Of a stretch of 64,000 bases of DNA, positions 49,814 to 59,772 are shown piece by piece (the stretch's first letter is position 1; the number at the start of each line of letters is the position of its first letter). Under the pieces are notes generated by a model, which saw only the letters and a program-made list of their open reading frames with translations, searched no databases and was not told where the DNA came from. Location: contig NC_135664.1 of the NCBI RefSeq assembly GCF_964188315.1, positions 51,522,001-51,586,000 of the forward strand, given 5' to 3'. Source of the DNA: Podarcis muralis (taxonomy: Eukaryota). The position numbers were made by a program, and so were the translations under genes.

Positions 49814-52358
49814 CTGAAAAGACATGCAATCTATTACGTTTTTCATAGCAGACTGGCTCAATAGACAGGAAATCATTTGACAAGTAAAGCAGTAGGTACA
49901 ATTTTTCAGATTTTGTGTTTGTACACATGAGTTCACATGCTTTGCTTGCATAATTCACTCTCTTACAAAGGACACTGGAAGGATAGGAGAGATTTTCAGA
50001 CCCTCTCATTTTGCAGCTGCCAAATCCAACAATATACTGTTAAGTTTGCACTGCTATTAATCTCTCTGCTTGAACTTCCATCAAGCAGTGCTTTAAATAT
50101 TAATTGATTTTTTAAACGATAACTTAATTTTTGAACAAAGGTTTAAATAATACAATGGCTTGGATCCAGAGATGCTGAAGAGGAATAAAGCCTGTAGAAG
50201 GGGACTTTCCCATCCTCTCTACTCCACTGCTGCCACCTGCGCGCGCACACACACACCCACACCCTTAAAAAAGAAGAGCATCTCTGGAGGATTGCTGGGC
50301 TCTGTTGGACAGTGTGAGAGGCATGGCACCCCCCAATACATTTTGCTAGCTGAAGCAAAGAGCAAATTCCACATCCAGGAGCCAAACAGACTGGCCACTG
50401 AATCTTGCTTCAACACTGGCAATGAGAGAGCATCCTCCACCACACCTGAGGGCAGAAGGCTAGAAGGGGAGAGGAGGAGGCCCTGGAAGGCCAGGTGTCA
50501 CACGTGCCTCTGTCCTCCAATTTCTTACACCCACTCACTCGCTACTCCACCTGGCACCTGATCCCAGGCTGCTCAAACAAATGTTGTAACAGGTTGGCAA
50601 CAGCATAACAACACGTCACCAGAGAATGTATACGCATTTGCGATGCCATTTTAAGTACCAGGCAGACACAATGCCTGCTCACTCGGGTCAAGGGGTCTCC
50701 ACCCCCCCAGTGATGTCTGTGTCAGGAGCTCATCCTACTCTCAAGTAGGACCCTGGCAGAGACACATGCCCGACTGGCATGTTCTCTCCCTCCTGGTCGT
50801 TCGTTCGGGAGCTTCAAAAAGCTTTCTTCTGCCCGAATATCACAGCAACCAATGCCAACAGACACCAGCACACTTAGGGATCTGCAGAGTCTTTGCAGTT
50901 CACGTGACAGACCTCAGCAACCTCAGCATTTTGGCTAATCTACTTTATTTACATATAAACACACACGGAGCACTGCAACATGGCTCCCTCTCTCTCTAGC
51001 ATCAGACAGCAAAGAGAAAGAACAAAGGAAAATAGCCCCACTTCATGGAACACAGTAACACAAGCATCCTGTCTCCATCACTTCCCACTTTGTGGAGTCA
51101 AAACATACACCGTCATGTGATAGACAAAAATCACATGACTGCAATCACGGAGCAGGAATTCTAACAGTCTGTGAGGCATTGGGAGAAAATGAATAGGCAA
51201 GATAAGCAACCTAGCCCAGGTCAGCAATGAACAGCCACTGCCAACTCCAGGGTGCTGGCTCTGGAGATTAGGGAGATCAAGAACAGGGGCTCCAATCACC
51301 ACCCATCATCTGCAACCACATGCAGCCACCTCACTCTGCCTGGTGGTTCGGCCAGCCCTAGTGGGATTGGGTGCAGGAGGGGTGGAAGCAACAGGGGCTT
51401 CTCAAAATCAGGAACCACCAGGAGCTTCCTTTCCAAGTCAAATAAAAGCTTCTGTAAGGAATAGTTTTCATCAGAACCACAGTGTGTGGAGGAAAGGCAT
51501 AACAGTTGTCCACTAGCACTAAATCAGAGCAAACATCAATCCCATTGACGTTTGTTCCAATTCAGTGGTAAACATTGGGGTTTTCCTGGAGAAAGTGGCA
51601 GGGCAAGTGGAAGAGTTCTATGCGCCTCTCCCCATGTGCTACAGTCCCAATCAGAATTAGGCCACTTGGTGACTTTTCAGGGACATGTGCAGTTCTCATC
51701 AACGATACAAGGAGGTAGCTACTATGCATAATTTTACAGCTTTTAAAGTGTTTCTCAGACACACAACCGAAGATGTTCATCCCACCACCCAAATGTTACA
51801 AAAGCTACCCGTCTTCAAGCAGCTTACCAGGCCAACCTTCTTAAGAATATGCGAAGGGAAATTGATTGCAAGTTGTATTCCCAGGATACACAAACATTCA
51901 GACACAAACATTCTGAAAACAACCCACCCTGTGTGCAAGCCCCACTGAAATTAATAAGGACTAAGTTTTTTATTTTGGGGGGGGAAACATTTTTGCACAA
52001 AAGCGATTCACTTCAGTGGGAAACTGTGCAAAGGAACTTCCCCATGGATTCCACACACCCATGCATACCAGTGTTTGTAGGTCTAATATTCTTGCTAAGG
52101 GCTTGATAGAGAAAAAACACCTCTCTTACTTTCACAAATGAATATGTGCAGTGGTAGATTTTGACTGTGCACAAGTCATAGATGTGCTTCAAGCCAAAGT
52201 CATATTTTCCATCAAGCCAAGCTATTAACCACAGTTTTGTGAGCATGCTACTGCTTCACCATATGCCAGCTCAGCCCACATGATGTCACGCTAGTTCAGT
52301 GATATCAGACCCCACACTATGCTTGTGTCTCTTACTCGTATTGCACATAGCTAGTCCT

Positions 52359-52720
52359 CAGAGATGGGCAAACCTGTCAGTTTCAGTTTCTCTCTGTTTC
52401 ACATTTCCCCACTCTTTAGTTCTCTGCATTCCCTTTGTGATATTTTTTACAGCATTATTTCATTAGCATTTTAGTGTGAACATCTCCTAATGTACACATT
52501 TCTTTTGCAAAGGATTCCCCCCTAATATAATGCATATATTATATATTTGCAGTAGTACTATATGCACACTTATGGCTAGTAGATGCATATTTGCTTGCTC
52601 TATTTTGCTAGAGAACTACATTGCAAAATTCGTCTAAATGCCAATTTTGAAGGAGGGCTTGTGTTCCAGTTCGCATATTGTTTTGGAAAGTGTGAAATAG
52701 GTATGTTCACCTTTAAAGAA
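52359..52720. mobile_element. Partial copy of the 39711-40143 element family
   Basis: Shares CAGAGATGGG..AACCTGTCAGTTTCAGTTT start and GAGAACTACATTGCAAAATT interior with 39711-40143. Right end is approximate. Confidence 0.45.
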
Positions 52721-52901
52721 TCCCAGCTATACCTTAGGGGACTAGCAGCAGCCCAATAAAATTGTAAGCTATTATGACTTCATTACTCCTGGAGGACCAA
52801 GGAAAGAAAAACATGATAAGAGAACAAAGCAGTGGAGATTTTCCACAGCTGGGGTATGTAATATAATGACAGACCCATTCACCTGTCTTCCATATCTAGC
52901 A

Positions 52902-53127
52902 CAGTGGTACCTCGGGTTAAGTACTTAATTCGTTCTGGAGGTCCGTTCTTAACCTGACACTGTTCTTAACCTGAAGCACCACTTTAGCTAATGGGGCCTC
53001 CTGCTGCCGCCGCGCCACCGGAGCACGATTTATGTTCTTATCCTGAAGCAAAGTTCTTAACCTGAAGCATTATTTCTGGGTTAGCGGAGTCTGTAACCTG
53101 AAGCATATGTAACCTGAGGTACCACTG
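52902..53127. mobile_element. Tigger/pogo-like MITE, opposite orientation to the 10914 and 15840 copies
   Basis: Termini CAGTGGTACCTCGGGTTA and TAACCTGAGGTACCACTG. Interior is the reverse complement of the other two copies. Confidence 0.9.
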
Positions 53128-53643
53128 TACTTAAAAGCAAGAGAACACAAGCTCCAAATCCTCACCTGGAAGCATTACCTATAAATGCACATCTTGGATT
53201 TGATGCACATACAGTACTGGTCTCCTCCTCCTTATGCCATCATTAGTATAAGATCTGGTATAGTATGAGACACAGGATGTAACATCTCTTGGAGCACCTT
53301 CAGTGATCTAGCAGGTTTCATACTGGATAACACCTTTACAGACCAAAGTTCCAGCAACAATAGTCGGCAAAGAACACAAGTTACTATATGCTTTCCAGGT
53401 TCATAGCCATGTTTCGTTTGAAGTAGCTGGTTAAATATGAAAAGACTTGGCCTTTGTAGCACCCTAAAGATTAATGCACTTTATTTTTTAGAGCACAAGC
53501 ATTTTGAGACTACAGTCCACTTCATCAGCTGTTTAAGTATTATGAGACTGTTAACCTGCTTTTCCAGTTTGAAGCACAGAGCACTCAATAGCAATTAAAA
53601 ATACATCAAGGTGGCTATTGACTAACCTCAATTAAAAATGCAT

Positions 53644-53741
53644 CAGCCTTCAACTTGGTGTCCTCCAAATGTTTTGGACTACAACTCCCATCAGCCCTGA
53701 TCAACATGCAGATTTGGAGGGCACCAGCCTGGTGAAGGCAG
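53644..53741. mobile_element. Short hAT-type MITE
   Basis: CAGCCTTCAACTTGGTGTCCTCCAAATGTTTTGGACTACAACTCCC...TTTGGAGGGCACCAGCCTGGTGAAGGCAG. Confidence 0.6.
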
Positions 53742-54607
53742 TCAACATGCCAGGCTAAGGCTGATAGGCGCTTTAGTCCAAAAGTAGGGCAACAGGTTAG
53801 CAAAGGCTGCCATACTCCGTTATAAAAACAACAACAACCATCACAAAAACAGCAAAGCAGCTGCCTTAAAAAAAAGAAAAGTATCAGAAGGTGCAAACAA
53901 AGGAAATCAAGGTAAGCAGAGAACAAAAGCTACCCAAAACAAAAAGAGGGTGATAAATGGATCTCTGAAAACCAAGAACTCTACAGTCTGTGCACTGCTA
54001 CTAAGTATGCCTATTTTGTATGTCTACCAGAAAGGTCTGTCCTGTTGGTTACATTTATCAGCAATAAGTCCTTTAAATATATTAGTCCCAAGTCGTAATC
54101 AGCACTTTGAATGGTGCCCAAAAATTGTTAGGCAGCCCATGAAATCAATTCGTGTTTTGTTTTATTCATTACTGTTTGTATCCTGGCTTTCTACCAATGG
54201 CACCCAACTCTGTAAACAATACAGTAAAGCACACATCTACAATACAGTAACAACAGTAGTACACAAAAGAGCAGCACAGAAGTGGAGAGGCAGAAACCAA
54301 AAAGACTGAAATGGGTTAAACAGAAGCAACCAAGTGAGGGCAGCTGTTTTTAATTTTATAAAGAACTGCCTTGGCAGAATCTTCATTATGATGAAATACA
54401 CCTTTATTCCTTCATCAGATATTTGAATGGAAAAGATACATTGTACTTGTTCAGGGTGAAAACATGATTAATGCAATTCCAATTTTGTGCCAATTCCTTG
54501 ATCTACTACCTTATGTTCCATACCTGTACCTGAACCAAAGAGTTTCTGGTGTATGAATTTAGCCATGAATCAGGGTGATATATGGGGCAGAAACCTCCCT
54601 TTTGGTA

Positions 54608-55053
54608 TCATGGAACTTTGGAGTGTCAGGCATAGCCCTACTGGCTTTAGCCCAAACGTAGCAGAGTTTTCCTGCACAGCGAGGAAGCTAGTTGCGGCGG
54701 TAATGACTAGTCAGCTAGACTCAGAATAACTATTTACAGGATTTATTAAAAGGAGAAAATAAAACCAGCAGAGTTTCTGCATACAAAACAAAGCAAAATA
54801 AACCCTCTCTTTCTCTATCTCTCAAAACCGTACACAGCACTTCTACTCCTAACAACACCTCACTTCAAACTGAGCTAGCAAACCCTTGATAACAGAGTTG
54901 AGTGCTGGTCGTTAACCAATCAGAGTAGTTTCTAGGTCAGGCAGACCTGGGCTTTCTGCCAAGAGTAAATTGACACCACCTTGAGTTAATTGTGAGAAGC
55001 TAGAATCTGCAAGTTTCCCACGAGAACCAATTAACTGAAACTGAAACTGAACA
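54608..55053 (-). repeat. 3' LTR of the Copia element (446 bp)
   Basis: Preceded on the minus strand by the PPT GAGGGGG. Near-identical to the 5' LTR. Minus-strand AATAAA at 54742-54747. Confidence 0.97.
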
Positions 55054-55060
55054 CCCCCTC
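55054..55060 (-). promoter_or_regulatory. Polypurine tract GAGGGGG
   Basis: Plus-strand ccccctc lies directly against the 3' LTR start. Confidence 0.9.
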
Positions 55061-55106
55061 ACAGATTCTGCTGAACAATTAACACCAAATACACCTATGT
55101 AGAAGA

Positions 55107-58100
55107 TCATTTTTCCAGCAAACCTAAACCCTTGCACATTCGCTTGTTCTTTATCTTTGCCAGTGGTTTAGTTAATACATCTGCTACATTTTCTTCACTT
55201 GATACATAAGTACAGGTGATTACATTGTCTTGTACACAGCAACGTACATTTTGGTATTTTACAGAGATATGTTTGGAACGCGATTTGAAACCCTCTGTTT
55301 TACTTAATGTTATACAAGCTTGATTATCAATGTAAACTTGTACTGGTTCTCCACAATTTACATTTAAATCTGCTAACAAATGCTTGAAATAAATCACCTC
55401 GTTGCACAATTCACTCAATGCGGCGTACTCTGATTCCGTTGATGACACACTTACAACGTCTTGCTTGCGTGACCGCCAGCTGATTAAAGCTCCACCGACC
55501 ATTATGACTAGTCCTGTGACAGATTTTCTATCCGGCAAATTTCCCCAGTCACTATCACAGTAGCAACTCAACATTTCATCCTCTGAAGAATTTAATTGTA
55601 ACATATAGCCAATTGTCTGTTTGAGATATCTCAGAACTTGTTTTACCCCTTTCCAGGCATTTAGTGTGGGTTTTGAGACCAATCTACTTAATATGCCTAC
55701 TGCATAGCTAATATCAGGTCTGGACCACTGTGCTAGATACAATAAACTTCCAATTACAGAATGATATACATCAGGATGTTCAAATTCAGGACCCTCATCT
55801 ATATGAAGTGTTTTTATGAAACCTGGATCCATAGGCACCACTGCCCCTTTGCAATCCTGCATCCTGTATGTAGTCAGTAGTTGTTTAACTTTGTTCTGCT
55901 GACTAATTAGGCAGCTGCCATCTTGGGCCCAGCACACTTCCAACCCTAGATATGTCCTAACCGGGCCTAAGTCTTTCACTTTGAACTTACTGGACAATTG
56001 TTTGGCAAACCTTTTAGTTTGTTTATCTGTTTTGCATGCATACAAAACATCATCTACATAAATCAGACAAAACTCTTGATCACTGCCTGTACCACGTACA
56101 TAAACACAATTGTCAGCTGTACTCTGCTTGAAACCAAATGACACTAAGGCCTCATGGAAACATTTGTTCCAAGATCTTGCAGCCTGTTTGAGACCGTATA
56201 GAGCTTTGTTTAATTTTAACACTCTATTGGAACCTGTCTCATAACCAGGCGGTTCGGCTAGATACAGGTCTTCTGATATTGGTGCATGTAAATATGCAGT
56301 CTGAATATCAAAATGGTTTAACAGGAGTTTTCTCTTTGCTCCAAGTGTTAAAATCAGCCTTACACTGTCCCCCTTAGCAGTAGGGGAAAAAGTCTCGTCA
56401 TAATCTTTTCCAGGCCTCTGAGAGTATCCTTGAGCCACTAAACGAGCTTTGTATTTGTACTCTCCTGTCACCAGAGGTTTAAGTTTGTACACCCACCTGC
56501 AGCCTACAATCTTTGCCCCCTCAGGCGCTGCTACTGGTGTAAAAACCTTGTGCTCATTCAGAGAGGACATCTCTTCCTCCATTGCCTGTTTCCAGAGCTC
56601 TGCCTCCTCTTTTGGTAACTTTAACACTTCCTGAAAACTCTTGGGTTCTGCAATTACACTAAACACATTTGCAGTATCTGGGGAAAAACGCACCGGAGGC
56701 ACTCCTTTGTTTTGTCTTTTAGATCTTCTGGGAGAAAATTTTTCTTCTGACCCACTTTCCTCCTCAGAACTACGACCTCTCTTTTGTTGCATAGCAACTG
56801 GTCTTTGGCTAACTCCACTTTCTTGAGAGCTCTTATCTGAACTTTCCTCCCCCTCAGACTCTGACTCTCTGTGTTTACCTTCAGAGTCATGAAGCTCCTG
56901 GGAAGGTTCAAACCAAACCTCAGTATTGGCATGTAGTCTCTCCCAGCCACTATGTTCACAAAAACTGGCATTCCTGGAGATCACAATGCCATTTGTCCCT
57001 TCAGCAAAACGGAAACCTTTTCCCAGCTCCTGGTAACCCACAAACACTAACTGTTTGGTCTTAGGATCTCCCTTCCTCCTCATTTGTTTTGGAATTAATA
57101 CCCAGGCCTTTGATCCAAACACATGCAAATGGTCAATTTTGGGTTTTTTCTGAAACAATTTAAAGTACGGGGTTGTACCTATTGTTTGATGAAAGAGCCT
57201 GTTTTGGAGATAACACGCGGTGAGCATGCTCTCCCCCCAATAAGACATGGGCAAATCAGCATCTTCAAGCATGGCAAACATCATATCTTGTAAAGATCTG
57301 TTTTTTCGCTCTGCAACGCCATTCTCCTCTGGGGAAAAAGCATTCGTTTTTCTATGCCCAATGCCACGCTTTTGTAACCAATCTTTAAAAGCATTTGACA
57401 TAAATTCGCCACCTCTGTCCGTCTGAATCCTTTTGAGTTTAATGGACAGAAATCTTTCCACAGATGCCACCCAGCCTTTAAACTTAGTGAACACGTCACC
57501 CTTATTCTTCATGGGGAAAACCCAGGAGTAACGCGTGGCGTCATCCACAATTGTTAGTGAAAAGCGCGATCCACCCCTGCTTACAGCAAATGGACCAATT
57601 ACGTCCATGTGAACCAGCTGTAGCGGTGACTCACTAACTCTGTCACTTCTGGGGTAAGAGACTCTGTGGGTTTTAACCTTTTTACACACATTACAATCAA
57701 GGTACTTGTTACAACTCTTTAAATTACCCCCATCAGCCAATTCAGACATTTTTAGTACACTTTTCCAGCAAGCATGCCCCATTTTCCTATGCAATAAGTG
57801 CACACAGTTGTCATGTATAGCTTTGTTATTCACTGCAGGCTGAGATTTACTGACTACTGCTGCAACTTGAGATCCTGCTTTAAGCCAAAACAAGCCTCCC
57901 TCTGACTTAGCAGTGCCTAAAATCTCACCAGCCTTCTTAATAATGCAACTGTCTCCTTCAAAATACACTTTAAACCCAGCTTTTAGCAAACAATCTACAG
58001 ACATCAGATTGCTCCTTAATGACGGCACACAAAGTACATTTTGCAGGCATTCACGAAGACAAGGAACAAAAACTGCACCCCCCGAAATCACTTCGGAAGT

Positions 58101-59069
58101 ACTTCCGTCTGCTAGAGCCACCTGGCTACGCTGTGCTGAGTTCTTGGAAACAAACAATTCATCTGAATTCACGATGTGGCGAGATGCTCCCGAATCGATC
58201 ACCCAGACCGCTTGTTTCTCATCAGCAATCTTGACCTCGCCGGTCACCAGCTGAGCCGACTGTTTTTGTTTGAAGAATTTCTTTTTACGCTGCTGCTGCT
58301 GCTGATCTCGTCTCTGCTCCTGCACCGGCAACTGAGACTTGACCAACTCCGGACATTGTCGTTTTAGATGCGCTGAAGACCCACATCGGAAACAACGCCT
58401 AACAGCAAACGCTGACTTCTCACCGGTACGCTGCTTTTGCTTCACCTCTGGCACGGCCTGAGAACTCCTTCCAAACCGCCCACCTGTAGAAGCCTCTGCA
58501 GCCAACGACCTTTCTTGCCTCTTCTGCCATTCTTCAATCAAACGCCCAGTAACGTAACTGACTGATAAATCATGCTCCTGCATGCCTTCTAGAGACAAAA
58601 CTAAATTATCCCAGCTTTCCGGGAGAGAACTCAAAATAATAGCCACCTTCTCCTGCTGGTCTAACGCACAGTCTCTTTCCTGTAGCGCAGCAAACTTTAA
58701 CTGTAAACTGTGTAGGTGTTCCTGCATTGTAACCCCAGGCTGTAACATTGCCTTGTACAATGCCTTGTGAATGAACAGCTTGGAAACCGCTGTCTCACGC
58801 ACATGGAGTTCTTTAAGTGCTTGCCACACACCTCTAGCTGTCTTGATTCCCCTCACATACGGCAACTGGGAATCTTCCAGCCCCAAGACAATTGTGGCCC
58901 TTGCTCTTTGGTCTTTATCGAGGTCTTCATCATCAGGCTTTGCAGGAAACTTACTCACCACTTGCCAGAGACGATCCCTCTGCAGCACTGCCTGCATGCG
59001 TTCCGACCACAGCAAGTAATTGGAGTCATTCAGACGCTCAAAAGCCATCTGAACTGGTTGTGAGGCCAT
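55107..59069 (-). CDS. gag-pol: Copia gag-pol polyprotein, 1320 aa, no stops or frameshifts
   Basis: ATG in strong Kozak context (AAGATGG). Gag N-terminus (LNDSNYLLWSERMQAVL), CCHC knuckle CFRCGSSAHLKRQC, protease VIDSGASRH. Integrase zinc finger (HRKMGH...CNVC), DDE residues (HMDVIGP, QTDRGGEF, NGVAER), GKGF motif. RT motifs YKARLVAQGYSQ, DIQTAYL, YVDD. RNase H motifs CDSDWG, EYAAL, IDNQA, ADVLTKPL. Confidence 0.97.
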   Translation of the reverse strand: MASQPVQMAFERLNDSNYLLWSERMQAVLQRDRLWQVVSKFPAKPDDEDLDKDQRARATIVLGLEDSQLPYVRGIKTARGVWQALKELHVRETAVSKLFIHKALYKAMLQPGVTMQEHLHSLQLKFAALQERDCALDQQEKVAIILSSLPESWDNLVLSLEGMQEHDLSVSYVTGRLIEEWQKRQERSLAAEASTGGRFGRSSQAVPEVKQKQRTGEKSAFAVRRCFRCGSSAHLKRQCPELVKSQLPVQEQRRDQQQQQRKKKFFKQKQSAQLVTGEVKIADEKQAVWVIDSGASRHIVNSDELFVSKNSAQRSQVALADGSTSEVISGGAVFVPCLRECLQNVLCVPSLRSNLMSVDCLLKAGFKVYFEGDSCIIKKAGEILGTAKSEGGLFWLKAGSQVAAVVSKSQPAVNNKAIHDNCVHLLHRKMGHACWKSVLKMSELADGGNLKSCNKYLDCNVCKKVKTHRVSYPRSDRVSESPLQLVHMDVIGPFAVSRGGSRFSLTIVDDATRYSWVFPMKNKGDVFTKFKGWVASVERFLSIKLKRIQTDRGGEFMSNAFKDWLQKRGIGHRKTNAFSPEENGVAERKNRSLQDMMFAMLEDADLPMSYWGESMLTACYLQNRLFHQTIGTTPYFKLFQKKPKIDHLHVFGSKAWVLIPKQMRRKGDPKTKQLVFVGYQELGKGFRFAEGTNGIVISRNASFCEHSGWERLHANTEVWFEPSQELHDSEGKHRESESEGEESSDKSSQESGVSQRPVAMQQKRGRSSEEESGSEEKFSPRRSKRQNKGVPPVRFSPDTANVFSVIAEPKSFQEVLKLPKEEAELWKQAMEEEMSSLNEHKVFTPVAAPEGAKIVGCRWVYKLKPLVTGEYKYKARLVAQGYSQRPGKDYDETFSPTAKGDSVRLILTLGAKRKLLLNHFDIQTAYLHAPISEDLYLAEPPGYETGSNRVLKLNKALYGLKQAARSWNKCFHEALVSFGFKQSTADNCVYVRGTGSDQEFCLIYVDDVLYACKTDKQTKRFAKQLSSKFKVKDLGPVRTYLGLEVCWAQDGSCLISQQNKVKQLLTTYRMQDCKGAVVPMDPGFIKTLHIDEGPEFEHPDVYHSVIGSLLYLAQWSRPDISYAVGILSRLVSKPTLNAWKGVKQVLRYLKQTIGYMLQLNSSEDEMLSCYCDSDWGNLPDRKSVTGLVIMVGGALISWRSRKQDVVSVSSTESEYAALSELCNEVIYFKHLLADLNVNCGEPVQVYIDNQACITLSKTEGFKSRSKHISVKYQNVRCCVQDNVITCTYVSSEENVADVLTKPLAKIKNKRMCKGLGLLEK

Positions 59070-59316
59070 CTTGAGAGCGATGTCCCTGGAACCCGGAACC
59101 AGCTACTCACGACCACCGAGAGAGAAAACAGGAACCACAGCACCCAGCACTCACACGCTGCAGCTGTTGTCCTTGTGTCCGCTGCGTCACCAGCTCACCA
59201 CGGTCAGGAACCAGCCAGAGTCCATCTGCTGCACCAGCAGGAACAACAACTTCTGGAACTACTGGAACCAACGCCGTTGATGCTGACACCACCGCAACTC
59301 AGGCTGGCAGCACAAT

Positions 59317-59326
59317 GCCCATAACC
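59317..59326 (-). promoter_or_regulatory. Primer-binding site GGTTATGGGC (half initiator tRNA-Met type)
   Basis: Abuts the 5' LTR. Complementary to GCCCAUAACC in the anticodon arm of initiator tRNA-Met, as in Drosophila copia. Confidence 0.85.
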
Positions 59327-59772
59327 TCATGGAACTTTGGAGTGTCAGGCATAGCCCTACTGGCTTTAGCCCAAACGTAGCAGAGTTTTCCTGCACAGCG
59401 AGGAAGCTAGTTGCGGCGGTAATGACTAGTCAGCTAGACTCAGAATAACTATTTACAGGATTTATTAAAAGGAGAAAATAAAACCAGCAGAGTTTCTGCA
59501 TACAAAACAAAGCAAAATAAACCCTCTCTTTCTCTCTCTCTCAAAACCGTACACAGCACTTCTACTCCTAACAACACCTCACTTCAAACTGAGCTAGCAA
59601 ACCCTTGATAACAGAGTTGAGTGCTGGTCGTTAACCAATCAGAGTAGTTTCTAGGTCAGGCAGACCTGGGCTTTCTGCCAAGAGTAAATTGACACCACCT
59701 TGAGTTAATTGTGAGAAGCTAGAATCTGCAAGTTTCCCACGAGAACCAATTAACTGAAACTGAAACTGAACA
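59327..59772 (-). repeat. 5' LTR of the Copia element (446 bp)
   Basis: Minus strand begins TGTTCAG and ends CCATGA, immediately followed by the PBS. Matches 54608-55053 except one base (C at 59536 vs A at 54817). Confidence 0.97.

Larger units (their letters stand above)
54608..59772 (-). mobile_element. Full-length Ty1/Copia LTR retrotransposon, structurally intact
   Basis: Two 446-bp direct LTRs (54608-55053, 59327-59772). TSD TGGTA at 54603-54607 and 59773-59777. PBS next to the 5' LTR, PPT next to the 3' LTR. Single ORF with Copia domain order gag-PR-IN-RT-RH. Confidence 0.98.

Noticed and set aside
54603-54608. Alternative Copia boundary with 6-bp TSD TGGTAT
   Set aside because: The T at 54608 is matched at 59327 in the other LTR, Copia TSDs are normally 5 bp, and the 5-bp reading puts the PBS flush with the LTR as in Drosophila copia. 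The alternative would also give a non-CA end.
59107-59292. Upstream ORF in the Copia leader (61 aa)
   Set aside because: It starts at GTG rather than ATG, lies in GC-rich leader sequence and has no recognisable motif.
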